Positions 1 to 11,568 of a stretch of 64,000 nucleotides of DNA are shown here, piece by piece. The notes below the pieces were generated by a model. It saw only the letters and a list, made by a program, of their open reading frames with translations. It did not search any database and was not told where the DNA came from. The position numbers and the translations under genes are program-made. How positions within the stretch are numbered: position 1 is the stretch's first letter; each line of letters opens with the position of its first letter. Source of the stretch: Gemmatimonadota bacterium (GTDB taxonomy: Bacteria > Gemmatimonadota > Gemmatimonadetes > JACCXV01 > JAHWKZ01); the NCBI GenBank assembly GCA_039588915.1, contig JBDGYV010000001.1, forward strand, positions 26,365 through 90,364, written 5' to 3'.

Positions 1-18
1 CTAGTGGTTCTACAATCG

Positions 19-3000
19 ATGTTGAAAGTGCTTGTCGGGGACAAGCACGGTCGCGAGCGAAAACGGCTGTGGCCGATTATCGAAGAGATCAATGGGCTGG
101 CTGCATCGATGGAGTCGTACTCCGACGACCAACTGCAAGCCAAAACCAAGGAGTTTCGTCGTCGGCTTGGCGAAGGCGAGGACCTCGATGACATCCTGAC
201 CGAGGCGTTTGCTGTCGTTAAAGAAGCGTGTCGCCGAAATCTCGGTCGCAGCTGGAACGTGACCGACCAGGAGTTCACCTGGGACATGGTGCCCTACGAC
301 GTACAGCTATTCGGTGGCATCGTGCTCCATGAAGGGAAGATCGCCGAGATGGCAACCGGCGAGGGCAAGACGTTGGTCGCGGTCCTTCCGCTGTATCTCA
401 ACGCCCTCGGTGGCGAGGGCGCGCACCTAGTGACCGTCAACGACTATCTCGCTCGGCGCGATTCGGATTGGGTGGCCGAGATCCTCCGTTGGTTGGGGCT
501 CACGGTTGGGGTGATACAGGATGGCATGGACCAAGAGGATCGCCGGGCGGCTTACCAATGCGACGTGACCTACGGGACGAATAACCAGTTTGGCTTCGAC
601 TACTTGCGAGACAACATGGCTGTGACCCCAGAAGGGCGCGTCCAGCGTGGTCATCACTTTGCGATCATCGATGAGGTCGACTCGGTGCTCATCGACGAGG
701 CGCGTACACCGCTGATTATTTCGGGACCCACTCAACACGATACGTCATCGAAGTTCGGTCAACTGAAGCCGATGGTGGAGCGACTGGTTCGTGATCAGAC
801 ACGGGTAGTAAACGAGTTGGTCGCAGAGGCCGAGAGACTGCTCGACGGAGAGGGGGACGGGGACGGGGAAGAAGACGCCGCCTACGAGGCTGGCATCAAG
901 CTGTTCCAGGCTCAGCGTGGCATGCCCAAGCATCGCCGGTTGATGAAGGTGCTGAACGAAACCGGGATCAAGAAACTGGTCCAACGAGTAGAGAATGACT
1001 TTATGCGCGACAAGCGAGCCCACGAGCTCGACGAGGCGCTCTTGTTCGCCATGGACGAAAAGGGGCACGATGCCCACTTAACGGACTCTGGCCGCGAGAA
1101 GGTCGCCCCCAACGACCCCGAGTTGTTTATCGTACCGGATTTGTCACAGTTGATGCATGAGATCGACCAAGACACCTCCCTTTCTGAACAGGCGAAGAGC
1201 GAGCGCAACGTCGCGCTCGAGCGCGACTATGCCGAAAAAAGCGAGACGATCCACAATATCGCGCAACTGCTAAAGGCATACGCTCTCTATGAGAAGGACG
1301 TCGAGTACGTCGTGCAAGATGAGAAGGTGCTCATTGTCGACACGTTCACGGGTCGACTCATGCCCGGTCGTCGTTACTCGGACGGGATGCATCAAGCGAT
1401 CGAGGCCAAGGAGGGAGTCAAGATCGAGGGCGAAACACAGACCCTGGCTACGATCACGATCCAGAATTACTACCGAATGTATGACAAGCTGGCGGGAATG
1501 ACCGGAACCGCGGAGACGGAGGAAGGCGAATTCTACGAGATTTACAAGATGGACGTCATCGTGATTCCGACTAACAAGCCGATTCGCCGCGAGGACTCGG
1601 ATGACCTGGTGTATCGCACGCGGCGAGAGAAGTACAACGCCATCATCGACGAGGTTCAGAGCCAGCACGGACGTGGTCGGCCGGTTCTGGTTGGAACGAC
1701 ATCGGTGGAAGTATCGGAGACGCTCTCGCGGCTTCTAAAGCGGCGCAACCTGCCGCACAACGTGCTGAATGCCAAACACCACCAGCGAGAGGCGGAGATC
1801 GTTGCCAGGGCGGGCCAGCCGGGAGCGATCACGATCGCCACGAACATGGCTGGACGTGGTACCGACATCAAGCTGGGGGAAGGGATTGTGCCACGGGACT
1901 GGCCCGAAGTGCACGATGACGAGCTTCCAGAGGAGATCACACGCGACGAGCTAGACCGCCACATGGTCAACGACATGCCGTGGGGGCTCCACATCGTGGG
2001 TACCGAGCGGCATGAGGCCCGGCGCATCGACCGCCAGCTCCGAGGTCGGTCGGGTCGCCAGGGTGACCCCGGGTCCTCGCGTTTCTTCCTGTCACTGGAA
2101 GACGATCTGATGCGGCTTTTCAGTTCCGAGCGGATCGCATCCGTGATGGACAAGCTCGGTGCCGAGGAGGGTGAGGTTATCACCCACTCATTGGTGACGA
2201 AATCGATCGAGCGGGCCCAGAAAAAGGTAGAGATAAACAACTTTGAGATCCGGAAGCGGTTGCTCGACTACGATGATGTAATGAACAAGCAACGTGAAGT
2301 CATCTACGAAATGCGACTACGCGCACTCGATGGCGACCGGGAAACCGTCTTCGAAGAGGCGCGCGAAATCGCTTCCGAGGCCGCCGAGGAGAAGCTCGCC
2401 GAGTACGTGGATCCCGATGCGTACGCCGAGACATGGGACTTGGCTGGGTTGAAGGAAAACCTGATGCGGACGTTCTTGCTGCCCTTTGAGTGGATCGACA
2501 CGCTGATTGATCCGGAATCCGCGGTCGAAAACGAGGGTGACACGTTGCCGAGCACCTACGACGATCTGCTGTCACAAATACAATCCGACTTGAACGTCGC
2601 GTTCGAACGGCGCATCGAGGACTGGGAACCCGAGCGTGCAGAGCTCATCGTCAGGCAGATCCTGTTGCGAACAATCGATGAGAAATGGCGGGATCATCTA
2701 TACGAACTCGATCAGCTTCGTACAGGAATCGGATATCGCGCATGGGGACAACGTGACCCGTTGATCGAGTATAAGAAGGAAGCGTTTCAGATGTTCGTCG
2801 AGATGATGGACGATCTGAGAACCAGCGCCTCGGCGCTTCTATATCGGGTGCAGCTCGTTGAACCGGGTCAGACCGCGGCAGAGAGCCGGCAGCGCCGCGA
2901 GCGGCTTCAGCGACAGCAGGTCGCGCTCCATGCTGCTGCGCCGGCGATGGCCGAGACCGCTGCCGCGGTTTCGCCCGCCACACGGACGTCGGCTGGTGTG

Positions 3001-3120
3001 GAGACAGCTGAAGGGCAGCCAGGTGGTGATCCATACGTACGGGACACCGAAAAAGTGGGGCGCAACGATCCGTGCCCGTGCGGTAGCGGAAAGAAGTACA
3101 AGAAGTGTCACGGACCGTGA
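19..3120 (+). CDS. secA: Preprotein translocase ATPase SecA
   Basis: ORF 4..3120 (1038 aa). The first ATG, at 19, gives MLKVLVG..., a typical SecA N-terminus. Motor motifs GEGKT and DEVD are present. The C-terminal zinc-finger tail [14 protein letters not shown] is present. Confidence 0.95.
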   Translation: MLKVLVGDKHGRERKRLWPIIEEINGLAASMESYSDDQLQAKTKEFRRRLGEGEDLDDILTEAFAVVKEACRRNLGRSWNVTDQEFTWDMVPYDVQLFGGIVLHEGKIAEMATGEGKTLVAVLPLYLNALGGEGAHLVTVNDYLARRDSDWVAEILRWLGLTVGVIQDGMDQEDRRAAYQCDVTYGTNNQFGFDYLRDNMAVTPEGRVQRGHHFAIIDEVDSVLIDEARTPLIISGPTQHDTSSKFGQLKPMVERLVRDQTRVVNELVAEAERLLDGEGDGDGEEDAAYEAGIKLFQAQRGMPKHRRLMKVLNETGIKKLVQRVENDFMRDKRAHELDEALLFAMDEKGHDAHLTDSGREKVAPNDPELFIVPDLSQLMHEIDQDTSLSEQAKSERNVALERDYAEKSETIHNIAQLLKAYALYEKDVEYVVQDEKVLIVDTFTGRLMPGRRYSDGMHQAIEAKEGVKIEGETQTLATITIQNYYRMYDKLAGMTGTAETEEGEFYEIYKMDVIVIPTNKPIRREDSDDLVYRTRREKYNAIIDEVQSQHGRGRPVLVGTTSVEVSETLSRLLKRRNLPHNVLNAKHHQREAEIVARAGQPGAITIATNMAGRGTDIKLGEGIVPRDWPEVHDDELPEEITRDELDRHMVNDMPWGLHIVGTERHEARRIDRQLRGRSGRQGDPGSSRFFLSLEDDLMRLFSSERIASVMDKLGAEEGEVITHSLVTKSIERAQKKVEINNFEIRKRLLDYDDVMNKQREVIYEMRLRALDGDRETVFEEAREIASEAAEEKLAEYVDPDAYAETWDLAGLKENLMRTFLLPFEWIDTLIDPESAVENEGDTLPSTYDDLLSQIQSDLNVAFERRIEDWEPERAELIVRQILLRTIDEKWRDHLYELDQLRTGIGYRAWGQRDPLIEYKKEAFQMFVEMMDDLRTSASALLYRVQLVEPGQTAAESRQRRERLQRQQVALHAAAPAMAETAAAVSPATRTSAGVETAEGQPGGDPYVRDTEKVGRNDPCPCGSGKKYKKCHGP

Positions 3121-3178
3121 TTACGCGGTCGGCTTGGCGTGGCTGGCACTGCGCGCCATTTCCAATCGGAGGACAACG

Positions 3179-4321
3179 ATGATCGGAGTGCTCGAACGTC
3201 TTTCAGGTGGGGCCGGGGTTCTGCGTCGCTTCGGGAACTCCTATCTGCCTGGAGACGATGACGTATACGTGCCGGCCCGGCTAATCGAACGGTACGGCCT
3301 GCGCAAAGGCGACGCTGTCGACGGTGAGATCGGCGCACCGCCGGGGAAAGGAAAGCTCGCACCGCTTACGACGGTCACCTCGGTGAACGGCGAACCGCCG
3401 GACCAAGCGCGTTCGAGGCCCCAGTTCAAGAAACTGCGCGCATCCCATCCTGACGAACGGCTGCGTCTAGAGCTCTCGGACAAAGCCTCTGAAAGTCTTC
3501 AGAATGGCGCCGGAATCACCAACCGCATCCTCGATCTCATCGTTCCACTCGGCAAGGGCCAGCGCGCATTGATCGTGGCGCCATCCAAGGCGGGTAAGAC
3601 GATGCTGCTGCAGGCCGTGATGCGTGGAGTCGTGGCGAACGACCCCGAGGCCGAGTTGATCGTGTTGCTTGTGGATGAGCGGCCCGAAGAGGTTACTGAG
3701 ATGGAGCGCATGGTCGAGTCGTTGGGGCGGGGAGAGACGGTGGCCTCTTCATTCGATTTCCCTCCGCATCGTCACGTACAGGTGGCCGAGATGGCACTCG
3801 AGCGCGCTAGGCGGCTGGTCGAATCAGGGAAGGACGTCGTCCTGGTATTGGATTCGATCACCCGTTTGGCGAGAGCGCACAACTCGATCGAACGCTCGAG
3901 CGGACGCACCCTATCGGGTGGCATCGAAGCGGGTGCTCTTGACGCCCCAAAGCGCTTTTTTGGCTCGGCCAGGAAGGTGGTCGGTGATCGCGGTGGGAGT
4001 TTGACGATCGTGGCGACTGCACTGATCGACACTGGCAGCCGTGCGGACGAAGTCATATTCGAGGAGTTCAAAGGCACAGGTAACGCCGAGATCGTCCTGT
4101 CCAGGGAGCTAGCTGATCAGCGTATTTGGCCAGCGATCGATGTTACTGCCAGCGGTACGCGCAAGGAGGAGTTGCTGTACGCCAAGGAGAATCTCGAACG
4201 GCTGCAGATGTTGCGGCGGTTCCTGTCGGAGATGCGCACCACCGAAGCCGCGGAGTTCTTGATCGACAAGATTCGCAACACGGATTCGAATGCCGAGCTG
4301 ATCGCCAGCATGTCAGGCTGA
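3179..4321 (+). CDS. rho: Transcription termination factor Rho (starts directly at the OB-fold; no N-terminal helix bundle)
   Basis: ATG at 3179 is preceded by GGAGG at 3168-3172. The protein opens with [24 protein letters not shown] (Rho cold-shock/OB domain), followed by Walker A APSKAGKT and the RecA-type ATPase core. The Rho-frame sequence upstream of 3179 overlaps secA and translates to Arg-rich nonsense. Confidence 0.9.
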   Translation: MIGVLERLSGGAGVLRRFGNSYLPGDDDVYVPARLIERYGLRKGDAVDGEIGAPPGKGKLAPLTTVTSVNGEPPDQARSRPQFKKLRASHPDERLRLELSDKASESLQNGAGITNRILDLIVPLGKGQRALIVAPSKAGKTMLLQAVMRGVVANDPEAELIVLLVDERPEEVTEMERMVESLGRGETVASSFDFPPHRHVQVAEMALERARRLVESGKDVVLVLDSITRLARAHNSIERSSGRTLSGGIEAGALDAPKRFFGSARKVVGDRGGSLTIVATALIDTGSRADEVIFEEFKGTGNAEIVLSRELADQRIWPAIDVTASGTRKEELLYAKENLERLQMLRRFLSEMRTTEAAEFLIDKIRNTDSNAELIASMSG

Positions 4322-4364
4322 ACCCGCCCAGACCCCCGGCCTCCGCCTTGCAATACCCGTCCGC

Positions 4365-5054
4365 ATGACAGCGGACTTGCCCTCGATAAAAGATTGGCCA
4401 GCCGAGGACAGGCCTCGCGAACGCCTCGAACGGCTGGGTGCCCCGGCGCTATCGACCGTCGAGTTGCTGACGCTCCTGGTCGGCAGCGGTGGGCGTGGGA
4501 GATCAGCGGATACGGTGGCCAGACACGTCGTCGCCACCTACCCAAGCCTGCGTCAGCTTGCGTCGAAGACGATGTCCGAGCTGGCGATAACACCGGGGAT
4601 CGGTGCTGCCACCGCTGCACGGCTGATGGCGGCGCTCGAGATCGGACGCCGGCTGCAGCGTGAGCGACGGGCGCGACAGCCGATGCTGGCCACGCCACGC
4701 GCAGTGTGGCGTCATCTGGCGCTCGAGCTCAGGGATCGCGAGCGGGAGCGGTTTGTGGCGCTGTGTCTGAACACGCGAAACGAGCTGCTGAGCGAGGTGA
4801 TCGTATCACTGGGCTCGCTGAGCGCTAGCATCGTCCACCCGCGGGAGGTCTTCAAGCCGGCGATGGCATGCTCGGCGGCGAGCCTGGTCATCGCCCACAA
4901 TCACCCTTCGGGGGATCCGTCGCCGAGTCGCGAAGATCGTGAGGTCACACACGTTCTCGCAGAGGCAGGCCAGCTGCTTGATATCCCGCTCCACGACCAT
5001 GTGATTGTAGGCGCTGATTCCTATTTCTCGTTCAAAGACGCCGGTCTCATCTAG
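4365..5054 (+). CDS. radC: RadC-like JAB/MPN domain protein
   Basis: 229 aa. It has an N-terminal helix-hairpin-helix region and a C-terminal JAMM motif HNHPSGDPSPS. Confidence 0.85.
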   Translation: MTADLPSIKDWPAEDRPRERLERLGAPALSTVELLTLLVGSGGRGRSADTVARHVVATYPSLRQLASKTMSELAITPGIGAATAARLMAALEIGRRLQRERRARQPMLATPRAVWRHLALELRDRERERFVALCLNTRNELLSEVIVSLGSLSASIVHPREVFKPAMACSAASLVIAHNHPSGDPSPSREDREVTHVLAEAGQLLDIPLHDHVIVGADSYFSFKDAGLI

Positions 5055-5072
5055 GCTCGGGCGGTTTGGACG

Positions 5073-5140
5073 TAGACTAGATGTGGTTATATTATAGTAG
5101 GTTCTATTCAGTGATCTGTTACACTATACGCTTGGGAGTC
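5073..5140 (+). promoter_or_regulatory. AT-rich putative promoter island upstream of the small ORF and rel
   Basis: tagatgtggttatattatagtaggttctattcagtgatctgttacactatacg is about 35-40% GC in a genome of about 65% GC, with TATATT/TATTAT -10-like hexamers. Confidence 0.3.
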
Positions 5141-5144
5141 TGCC

Positions 5145-5498
5145 ATGGGATTCAAAACCTACTTTCCGCAGCGAGGTCCATCCTCAGGGAAGACGACCGT
5201 TCGCATTCTCAGAAACGGCGACTTATCGATCAGCCCCGGCCTTCGCGAGCGGTGGTTTGGCAAGGCTGGGTTCATCGAGCTTCTCTACGACCCAGAGGCA
5301 GGGAAGGTGGGGCTCAAGCCGCGCCCCAAAGCGACCCGGGCCACGTACAAGCTGAGACCATCCCCACAGGGCGGACGACGCTTCTACGTCTCCGGAGGTC
5401 AGTTTCTGGAGGCCTGCGGAATCAAGATCGGAAAGGTGAAGAACCACGAGGCGCGATGGAACGAACAAGAAAGTCTGGTCGAGTTCTCGGTGAAATGA
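5145..5498 (+). CDS. Small hypothetical protein with two tandem AbrB/MraZ-like swapped-hairpin motifs
   Basis: 117 aa, ATG start. It has an internal duplication: GDLSISPGLRERWFG and GRRFYVSGGQFLEACGI both resemble the G-R-L-x-[IV]-P-x-x-L-R motif of MraZ/AbrB/MazE. The rel start lies 16 nt downstream. Confidence 0.5.
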   Translation: MGFKTYFPQRGPSSGKTTVRILRNGDLSISPGLRERWFGKAGFIELLYDPEAGKVGLKPRPKATRATYKLRPSPQGGRRFYVSGGQFLEACGIKIGKVKNHEARWNEQESLVEFSVK

Positions 5499-5514
5499 GA
5501 ACGGGTAAACTGCC

Positions 5515-7695
5515 ATGGATACAAACTCCTTCCTTGAGTCCCTCCGACCCTATGCGGAACGGCTAGACCTCGAGCAGATCCAGCGCGTCTACGATTTTGG
5601 GGAGCGCGCTCACGGTGGTCAGAAGCGGCTCTCTGGCGATCCATTCATTTCACATTGCGCGGAGATAGCGGGCATTCTCCTCGACCTGAACCTGGTCGAC
5701 ACACATACGATCGCAGCGGCGCTGCTCCACGATGTCGTCGAGGATACTGACACGACGATTGAGGAGATCCAAACCGAGTTCGGTGCGGATGTCGCGCAAC
5801 TCGTCGACGGTGTGACCAAGATCGGACACCTGAAGTTTAGATCGCGGGAAGAGCGCCAAGTCGAGAACTACCGCAAGTTGCTGCTCTCGATGGCTCGCGA
5901 CATCCGAATCATCATGATCAAGCTCGCCGACCGGCTGCACAACATGCGGACGTTGGAGTTCTTGCCAGAGGAGAAGAGGCGCCGGATCGCGGGTGAGACA
6001 CGCGACGTCTATGCGCCGCTCGCTCATCGGTTTGGAATGGCGAAGATCCGCTGGGAGTTGGATGACCTCGCCTTCAAGTTCTTGGAGCCCGATGAGTACC
6101 GCTCATTGGTCAAGCAAGTGAAAGCCAAGCGGAAAGAGCGCGAGCGGATGATCGCTGCCATCGAGAACCCCCTCAGGGAAGAGCTTGAACGGGCCGGGAT
6201 CGAGGCCGAAATGGCCGGTCGCCCCAAGCATCTTTGGTCGATCCAGAAGAAGATGGTATCGCGGCAGAAACCGTATGAGGGGATCTATGATCTACTAGCT
6301 ATTCGTGTGCTCACCAAGACGGTCCGCGATTGCTACCACGTCTTAGGATTGATTCACACGCTGTGGACACCGGTCCATGAGCGTTTCAAGGATTACATCG
6401 CGACGCCGAAGTCAAACATGTATCAGTCGCTTCATACAACCGTATTCGGTCCCGGCGGAACATTATACGAGATCCAGATCCGGACCTGGGAGATGCATCT
6501 GACCGCAGAGGTGGGTATCGCAGCTCACTGGAAGTACAAAGAGGGTCGGACTGGGACCGAGCTTGATGAGCAACTGGCATGGTTCCGACAGATTCTGGAG
6601 TGGCAACAGGACATGACGGATCCCGACGAGTTCCTCGAGTACCTGCACATCGATCTCTATAAGGACGAGATCTTCATCTTCACACCCAAGGGCGATGTCG
6701 TTCAGCTTCCCGTTGGGTCGACACCGATTGACTTCGCATTTCAGGTGCATACCGAGGTCGGTATGCATTGCTCTGGAGCCAGAGTGAACGGCCGCATGGT
6801 CCCGCTCCATCGAAAGCTGCGCTCTGGCGAGACCGTCGAGGTTTTGACCAGCGCCAATCAACGCCCCTCGCGTGATTGGCTCCATTTCGTGAGAACTTCA
6901 AAGGCGCGGTCGATCGTCCGTCGCACGATTCGGGCTGAAGAGCACGCTAGCTCGGTAGCGCTCGGAAAAGAGCTGCTCGACAAGCAGTACCGCCGGGGAA
7001 GAGTGAAGAGGCCGACCGACAAGAGACTCGAAGCGGTGGCCGAGTCCCTCGGCCACGACGGTGTCGAGAAGCTGCACGCTGCGGTCGGCCGAGGGGATGT
7101 CACGCCGATTCAGGTCGTGAATGCGCTCTTTCCCGAGAAGGAAACGCGCGGGCCGGAGCCGGGTTCGGCCTTCGAACGGCTGGTCGAACGGATCAAGGGT
7201 CGCCCAGGAGGGGTGCGGATCCAAGGCGTCGACAACATGATGGTCCGCTTCAGCCAGTGCTGTCAGCCGATTCCGGGCGACGAGATCATGGGATACGTCA
7301 CTCGCGGGCGCGGAGTATCGGTCCATCGCGCCGACTGTCCGAACATCCTCAATCTCACTGATGAACCAGATCGCAAGATCAAGGTTCAGTGGGATACGCG
7401 CGGAGCGCAAACGTTTATCGTTCGATTGGTCGTCGTCGGCACGGATCGACGGGGCCTTTTTGCCGATGTCGCGGGAGCAGTTTCACGAACCTCGACGGAT
7501 ATCAAGAGCGCCGATCTCGCGGCGACCGACACCGGAATCGAGGGGACATTTGTGGTCGAGGTTACGGATCTCGCCCACTTGAAACGGGTCATCGAGGCGA
7601 TGAAGTCGATCGATGGCATCCTAGAAGTCGAAAGAAAGGAATACTTTGGCGCTGAACATTTGGACGTCTCAGCAGATCGCGCCATTGAAGCCTGA
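5515..7695 (+). CDS. rel: Bifunctional (p)ppGpp synthetase/hydrolase Rel/SpoT
   Basis: 726 aa. It carries the HD hydrolase motif HDVVEDT, a synthetase domain, and TGS and ACT C-terminal domains. Confidence 0.95.
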   Translation: MDTNSFLESLRPYAERLDLEQIQRVYDFGERAHGGQKRLSGDPFISHCAEIAGILLDLNLVDTHTIAAALLHDVVEDTDTTIEEIQTEFGADVAQLVDGVTKIGHLKFRSREERQVENYRKLLLSMARDIRIIMIKLADRLHNMRTLEFLPEEKRRRIAGETRDVYAPLAHRFGMAKIRWELDDLAFKFLEPDEYRSLVKQVKAKRKERERMIAAIENPLREELERAGIEAEMAGRPKHLWSIQKKMVSRQKPYEGIYDLLAIRVLTKTVRDCYHVLGLIHTLWTPVHERFKDYIATPKSNMYQSLHTTVFGPGGTLYEIQIRTWEMHLTAEVGIAAHWKYKEGRTGTELDEQLAWFRQILEWQQDMTDPDEFLEYLHIDLYKDEIFIFTPKGDVVQLPVGSTPIDFAFQVHTEVGMHCSGARVNGRMVPLHRKLRSGETVEVLTSANQRPSRDWLHFVRTSKARSIVRRTIRAEEHASSVALGKELLDKQYRRGRVKRPTDKRLEAVAESLGHDGVEKLHAAVGRGDVTPIQVVNALFPEKETRGPEPGSAFERLVERIKGRPGGVRIQGVDNMMVRFSQCCQPIPGDEIMGYVTRGRGVSVHRADCPNILNLTDEPDRKIKVQWDTRGAQTFIVRLVVVGTDRRGLFADVAGAVSRTSTDIKSADLAATDTGIEGTFVVEVTDLAHLKRVIEAMKSIDGILEVERKEYFGAEHLDVSADRAIEA

Positions 7696-7713
7696 GGCGC
7701 TGGAACTTCGTTG

Positions 7714-8379
7714 ATGCCTCGGGGTCTGAGAAAAACGATGTGGATCTTGAAGGCGATAGCGACATTGCTGGCCGTTCCGGCTGGGCTATCAGGTGGCCAG
7801 GACCCGGAGGCGTTGGCCCAACGCGCGGACCAAGCTCTGTCGGAACTTACGACGATGAGGGCGACGTTTACGCAGCACGTCGAGAACCCGGTTCTCGAAC
7901 GTACGACGGTAGGACGCGGGATCTTGACCTACCGAGCACCGGCTCGATTCCGTATTGCGTACAGTGATCCCGCCGGTGACGTCGTTGTCAACGATGCGAC
8001 CCACGTGTGGATCTACCTGCCGTCTAGCCAACCGGGTCAGGTGGTCCGACAATTGGCTGCTGCGAGCGGGGTCCAGAACCCACTCACCTTTTTGCGCGAT
8101 CTTCGCGGCAGCTACGCGCCCAAGGCGGCTCACCCCGACATCGTCGCCGGCATGACCGCTGATAGACTGACGCTGGCGCCCCTCGGAACCAACACGCCGT
8201 ATACCCATCTCAAGGTTTGGATTGATAGGGTCAGCGGGCTGCTGCGTCAGGTAGAAACACGCACCGCAGAAGGCGTGACGACGCGGTACACGTTCGAGAC
8301 ACTGGAGCCGAACGTGCAACTGGCGGCATCGGCGTTCCGGTTCGAAGTTCCCTCCGACGTGGAGATCTTCGACCAGTAG
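7714..8379 (+). CDS. lolA: LolA-like periplasmic lipoprotein carrier (putative)
   Basis: Signal peptide [27 protein letters not shown]. The size is about 220 aa and the predicted fold is beta-rich, consistent with the LolA family. The start is ambiguous among 7711 (TTG), 7714 and 7738. Confidence 0.55.
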   Translation: MPRGLRKTMWILKAIATLLAVPAGLSGGQDPEALAQRADQALSELTTMRATFTQHVENPVLERTTVGRGILTYRAPARFRIAYSDPAGDVVVNDATHVWIYLPSSQPGQVVRQLAAASGVQNPLTFLRDLRGSYAPKAAHPDIVAGMTADRLTLAPLGTNTPYTHLKVWIDRVSGLLRQVETRTAEGVTTRYTFETLEPNVQLAASAFRFEVPSDVEIFDQ

Positions 8380-8414
8380 CCGAGATCGTTTCGCGGAGCG
8401 TCGCAAACGCCGAC

Positions 8415-10469
8415 ATGTCCAAGTTCAAACTCGTCACTGACCTGAGTCCGAAGGGCGATCAGCCGCGCGCGATAGCGGAGCTGACCGCGGGCCTGGCAGA
8501 CGGCCGCCGGTACCAGACGCTTCTTGGCGCGACCGGAACCGGGAAGACGTTCACGGTTGGCCATGTGATCGCAGGTTACGGTCGGCCGACGCTGGTCATG
8601 TCCCACAACAAGACACTGGCGGCCCAACTGTACGGTGAACTTCGGCAGCTCTTTCCGCACAACGCCGTCGAGTACTTCATCTCCTACTACGACTACTACC
8701 AGCCCGAAGCGTACATCCCTGCGACCGACACCTATATCGAGAAAGATGCTTCGATAAACGAAGACATCGATCGCCTTCGGTTACGCGCCACGTCATCGCT
8801 AATCGAACGCGACGACGTCATCGTTGTGGCTTCGGTTTCGGCCATCTACGGACTCGGAAGTCCGCGTGAGTATCGCGACCTCATGGTAGTGCTCGAGACC
8901 GGGACCGAGGCACCGCGGGACCAGATCCTAGAAGATCTCGTCCGGATCCAGTATAGGCGAGATGACATCGGTTTCGAACCAGGGAAGTTCCGCGTGCGCG
9001 GTGACGTCATCGAGATATTTCCAGCGTACGAGGAGCAGGCGGTTCGGGTCGAGCTGTGGGGTGACGAGATCGAACGAATAGCGAAGATCGACCCGATGCG
9101 CGGTACAACGATATCGACGCTGGATCGAGCCGCGATCTATCCAGCCAAGCACTTCGTGACCACTCGGCCTCGAATCGAGAATGCGCTGGGGGATATACGA
9201 ACCGAACTAGAAGCGCGGTTGGTCGAACTGCGAGAGCAGGGGAGAATGCTTGAGGCCCACAAGCTCGAGATGCGCACACGATACGATTTGGAGATGATGC
9301 AGGAAATGGGATACTGCGCCGGAATTGAGAACTACTCGCGCTTTCTGTCCGGTCGCTCCGCAGGCGAGAGGCCAGCATGTCTCCTCGACTATTTTCCAGA
9401 AGATTACCTCCTGGTAATCGACGAGTCGCACGTCACCGTCCCACAGATCGGCGGCATGTATGCCGGCGATCGGTCACGCAAGGAAACACTGGTGGAACAC
9501 GGTTATCGGCTACCCTCGGCGCTTGATAATCGACCACTACGGTTCGACGAGTTCGAGCGGTTTATGCAACGGGTGATCTTCGTTTCGGCTACTCCGGCCG
9601 ACGCCGAGTTGGAAAAGTCGGGTGGCGTTGTCGTAGAGCAGATTATCCGACCAACGGGCCTGCTCGATCCCGAGGTGATCGTGCGGCCGGTCAAAGGGCA
9701 AATCGATGATCTGATGGAGGAGATCCGTCAACGTGAAGAAATGGGTGAGAAGGTCTTGGTGACGACGTTGACGAAACGTATGGCGGAGGACTTGGCCGAC
9801 TATCTCAACGACGCAGGTGTACGGGTGCGGTACATGCATTCGGACATCAACGCGCTCGAGCGAATCGAGATCATCCGCGGACTTCGGACTGATGTTTTTG
9901 ACGTTCTGGTCGGGATCAACCTGCTCCGTGAGGGCCTTGATCTACCTGAAGTTTCGCTGGTGGGGGTGTTGGATGCCGACAAGGAGGGTTTTCTACGTTC
10001 GGCGACCGCGCTGATCCAGACCGCGGGTCGAGCCGCACGGAACGCCAATGGCAGGGTCGTACTGTACGCCGATCGAGTGACTAAGGCGATGGCTAGCATG
10101 ATAGGCGAGACAGATCGAAGAAGGGCGATTCAAGAGGCCCACAACGAAACGCACGGCATCGTACCCGAGACGGTTTACAAGACGCGTGAACAGATCATGC
10201 AAACCACTTCCGTGGCCGATTCGCGTGGTGGGCCGAACCCGCGAGGCCGCGCGGTCCGAGAGCGATTGGCAGGAATGGCACAGGAGGTTGAGCAAGAGGA
10301 GTTAGCCAAGTCGATCGAAGCCGAGATGAAGGCTGCTGCCGAGCGACTCGATTATCAGACCGCCGCATTGCTGCGCGATGAGTTGTTCGAGCTGCGTGGA
10401 GAGATGCAGGGAAAGTCTCGGCGGCCCAAGACACTACGCGAGAGGATGGGGCTCGAATCAACCGATTGA
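8415..10469 (+). CDS. uvrB: Excinuclease ABC subunit B
   Basis: 684 aa. Walker A GATGTGKT and helicase motifs are present. The C-terminal UVR domain ...[15 protein letters not shown] is present. Confidence 0.95.
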   Translation: MSKFKLVTDLSPKGDQPRAIAELTAGLADGRRYQTLLGATGTGKTFTVGHVIAGYGRPTLVMSHNKTLAAQLYGELRQLFPHNAVEYFISYYDYYQPEAYIPATDTYIEKDASINEDIDRLRLRATSSLIERDDVIVVASVSAIYGLGSPREYRDLMVVLETGTEAPRDQILEDLVRIQYRRDDIGFEPGKFRVRGDVIEIFPAYEEQAVRVELWGDEIERIAKIDPMRGTTISTLDRAAIYPAKHFVTTRPRIENALGDIRTELEARLVELREQGRMLEAHKLEMRTRYDLEMMQEMGYCAGIENYSRFLSGRSAGERPACLLDYFPEDYLLVIDESHVTVPQIGGMYAGDRSRKETLVEHGYRLPSALDNRPLRFDEFERFMQRVIFVSATPADAELEKSGGVVVEQIIRPTGLLDPEVIVRPVKGQIDDLMEEIRQREEMGEKVLVTTLTKRMAEDLADYLNDAGVRVRYMHSDINALERIEIIRGLRTDVFDVLVGINLLREGLDLPEVSLVGVLDADKEGFLRSATALIQTAGRAARNANGRVVLYADRVTKAMASMIGETDRRRAIQEAHNETHGIVPETVYKTREQIMQTTSVADSRGGPNPRGRAVRERLAGMAQEVEQEELAKSIEAEMKAAAERLDYQTAALLRDELFELRGEMQGKSRRPKTLRERMGLESTD

Positions 10470-10957
10470 TGGGGTGCGCCGTAGATCAGAACTGGACTCG
10501 CGCCGTGGCCGACTCGGACTCGATGCGCGATCTAGGAGCGGCCTTTGGCCGTTTGGCCCCAGACGGCGCGGTCCTCCTGCTCGAGGGGGAGTTGGGGGCG
10601 GGAAAAACGACGTTTGCCCAAGGCGTTGGGCTTGGATGTGGGGTCGCCGGTCCGATCGCCAGTCCGACCTATAACTTGATCCTCGAATACGAAGGGCGGC
10701 GACACTTTGCCCACGTCGATCTGTATCGATTGACCACAGAGACCGATTTGGACACGCTTGACATCGACGCGGTTTTGGCGGGTGACGGTATCACCTGTGT
10801 CGAGTGGCCGGCGCTTATTGCTGAATGCGTTTCTTCGCCGGACGCGACGCTGCGATTCACCGTCAACACTCGGGAACCCGGTGTTCGTGAAGTTGTCGTG
10901 TCGCTTCGGGGTCGCGGGTGGTCACGGTTGATCGATTGGCTTGCCGACCAGTCGTGA
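10469..10957 (+). CDS. tsaE: tRNA t6A37 threonylcarbamoyladenosine biosynthesis protein TsaE
   Basis: P-loop EGELGAGKTTFAQG. The size is about 160 aa. The ATG overlaps the uvrB stop. Confidence 0.8.
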   Translation: MGCAVDQNWTRAVADSDSMRDLGAAFGRLAPDGAVLLLEGELGAGKTTFAQGVGLGCGVAGPIASPTYNLILEYEGRRHFAHVDLYRLTTETDLDTLDIDAVLAGDGITCVEWPALIAECVSSPDATLRFTVNTREPGVREVVVSLRGRGWSRLIDWLADQS

Positions 10958-11568
10958 GGTTGCTCGCAATCGACACTGCGACGCCGCGACCGGCCGTTGC
11001 CCTTCACCAGCCGGTCGGCGGAGCCGAACGACGTCTCGAGCCGCAGTCTGCATTTCGTGACTGCGTTCCCGCCATCCAAGATCTGCTCATCGAGCATGAC
11101 CTTGAGTGGGATCAGATCGATGGGTTGGCGATCTCGGGTGGTCCAGGCTCGTTTACCGGTCTCAGGATAGGTGCCACGATCGCAATCACGTTGGCCGAGC
11201 TACGTGGAATTGGGCTGTACGCGCCGTCGACGCTGTTGGCGGTGTCCGAGCTTTGTGCGCGGGCCGATCAGTTGCGCGTCTGTGCGAGTTTTGATGCGCG
11301 TCGTGGCCGGCGCTACGTCGCGGTTTGCGAGCGCGAGGAGGTCCGGGGCTGGCGGTTGGTGCACGGGCCGGCTGACCTCGAGCCGGAGCACATCGCCGCT
11401 TTTTGTCGCGGAGTCGCCGAGGTCCGGCTCGAGGACGCAGCGCCAGATGGCGGAACGATCGCCGCGGCCCTGGGATCACTGGTCGAGCAGGCGCCGGAGC
11501 GGCACCGAGTCGCTGACGCGTCTCGTTTCGAGCTGAAATACGCTCGACCGGGGGTCGATGTGTCTTGA
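10954..11568 (+). CDS. tsaB: tRNA t6A37 biosynthesis protein TsaB
   Basis: GTG at 10954 overlaps the tsaE stop (GTGA). VRLLAIDTAT is the typical TsaB/YeaZ N-terminus. Confidence 0.8.
   Translation: MRLLAIDTATPRPAVALHQPVGGAERRLEPQSAFRDCVPAIQDLLIEHDLEWDQIDGLAISGGPGSFTGLRIGATIAITLAELRGIGLYAPSTLLAVSELCARADQLRVCASFDARRGRRYVAVCEREEVRGWRLVHGPADLEPEHIAAFCRGVAEVRLEDAAPDGGTIAAALGSLVEQAPERHRVADASRFELKYARPGVDVS

Noticed and set aside
840-880. Short tandem repeat GGGGACGGGGACGGGGA
   Set aside because: It encodes a GDGDGE acidic loop inside SecA. It is too short and coding to be a CRISPR or VNTR element.
2858-3178. Longer Rho N-terminus from the ORF-track start at 2858
   Set aside because: That extension overlaps secA for 260 nt, translates to an Arg/Pro-rich sequence unlike the Rho helix bundle, and lacks an RBS. 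ATG 3179 has GGAGG at ideal spacing.
4365-5054. radC as a marker of a mobile element or anti-restriction island
   Set aside because: No integrase, transposase, tRNA, direct repeats or phage genes lie nearby. radC sits in conserved core context between rho and rel.
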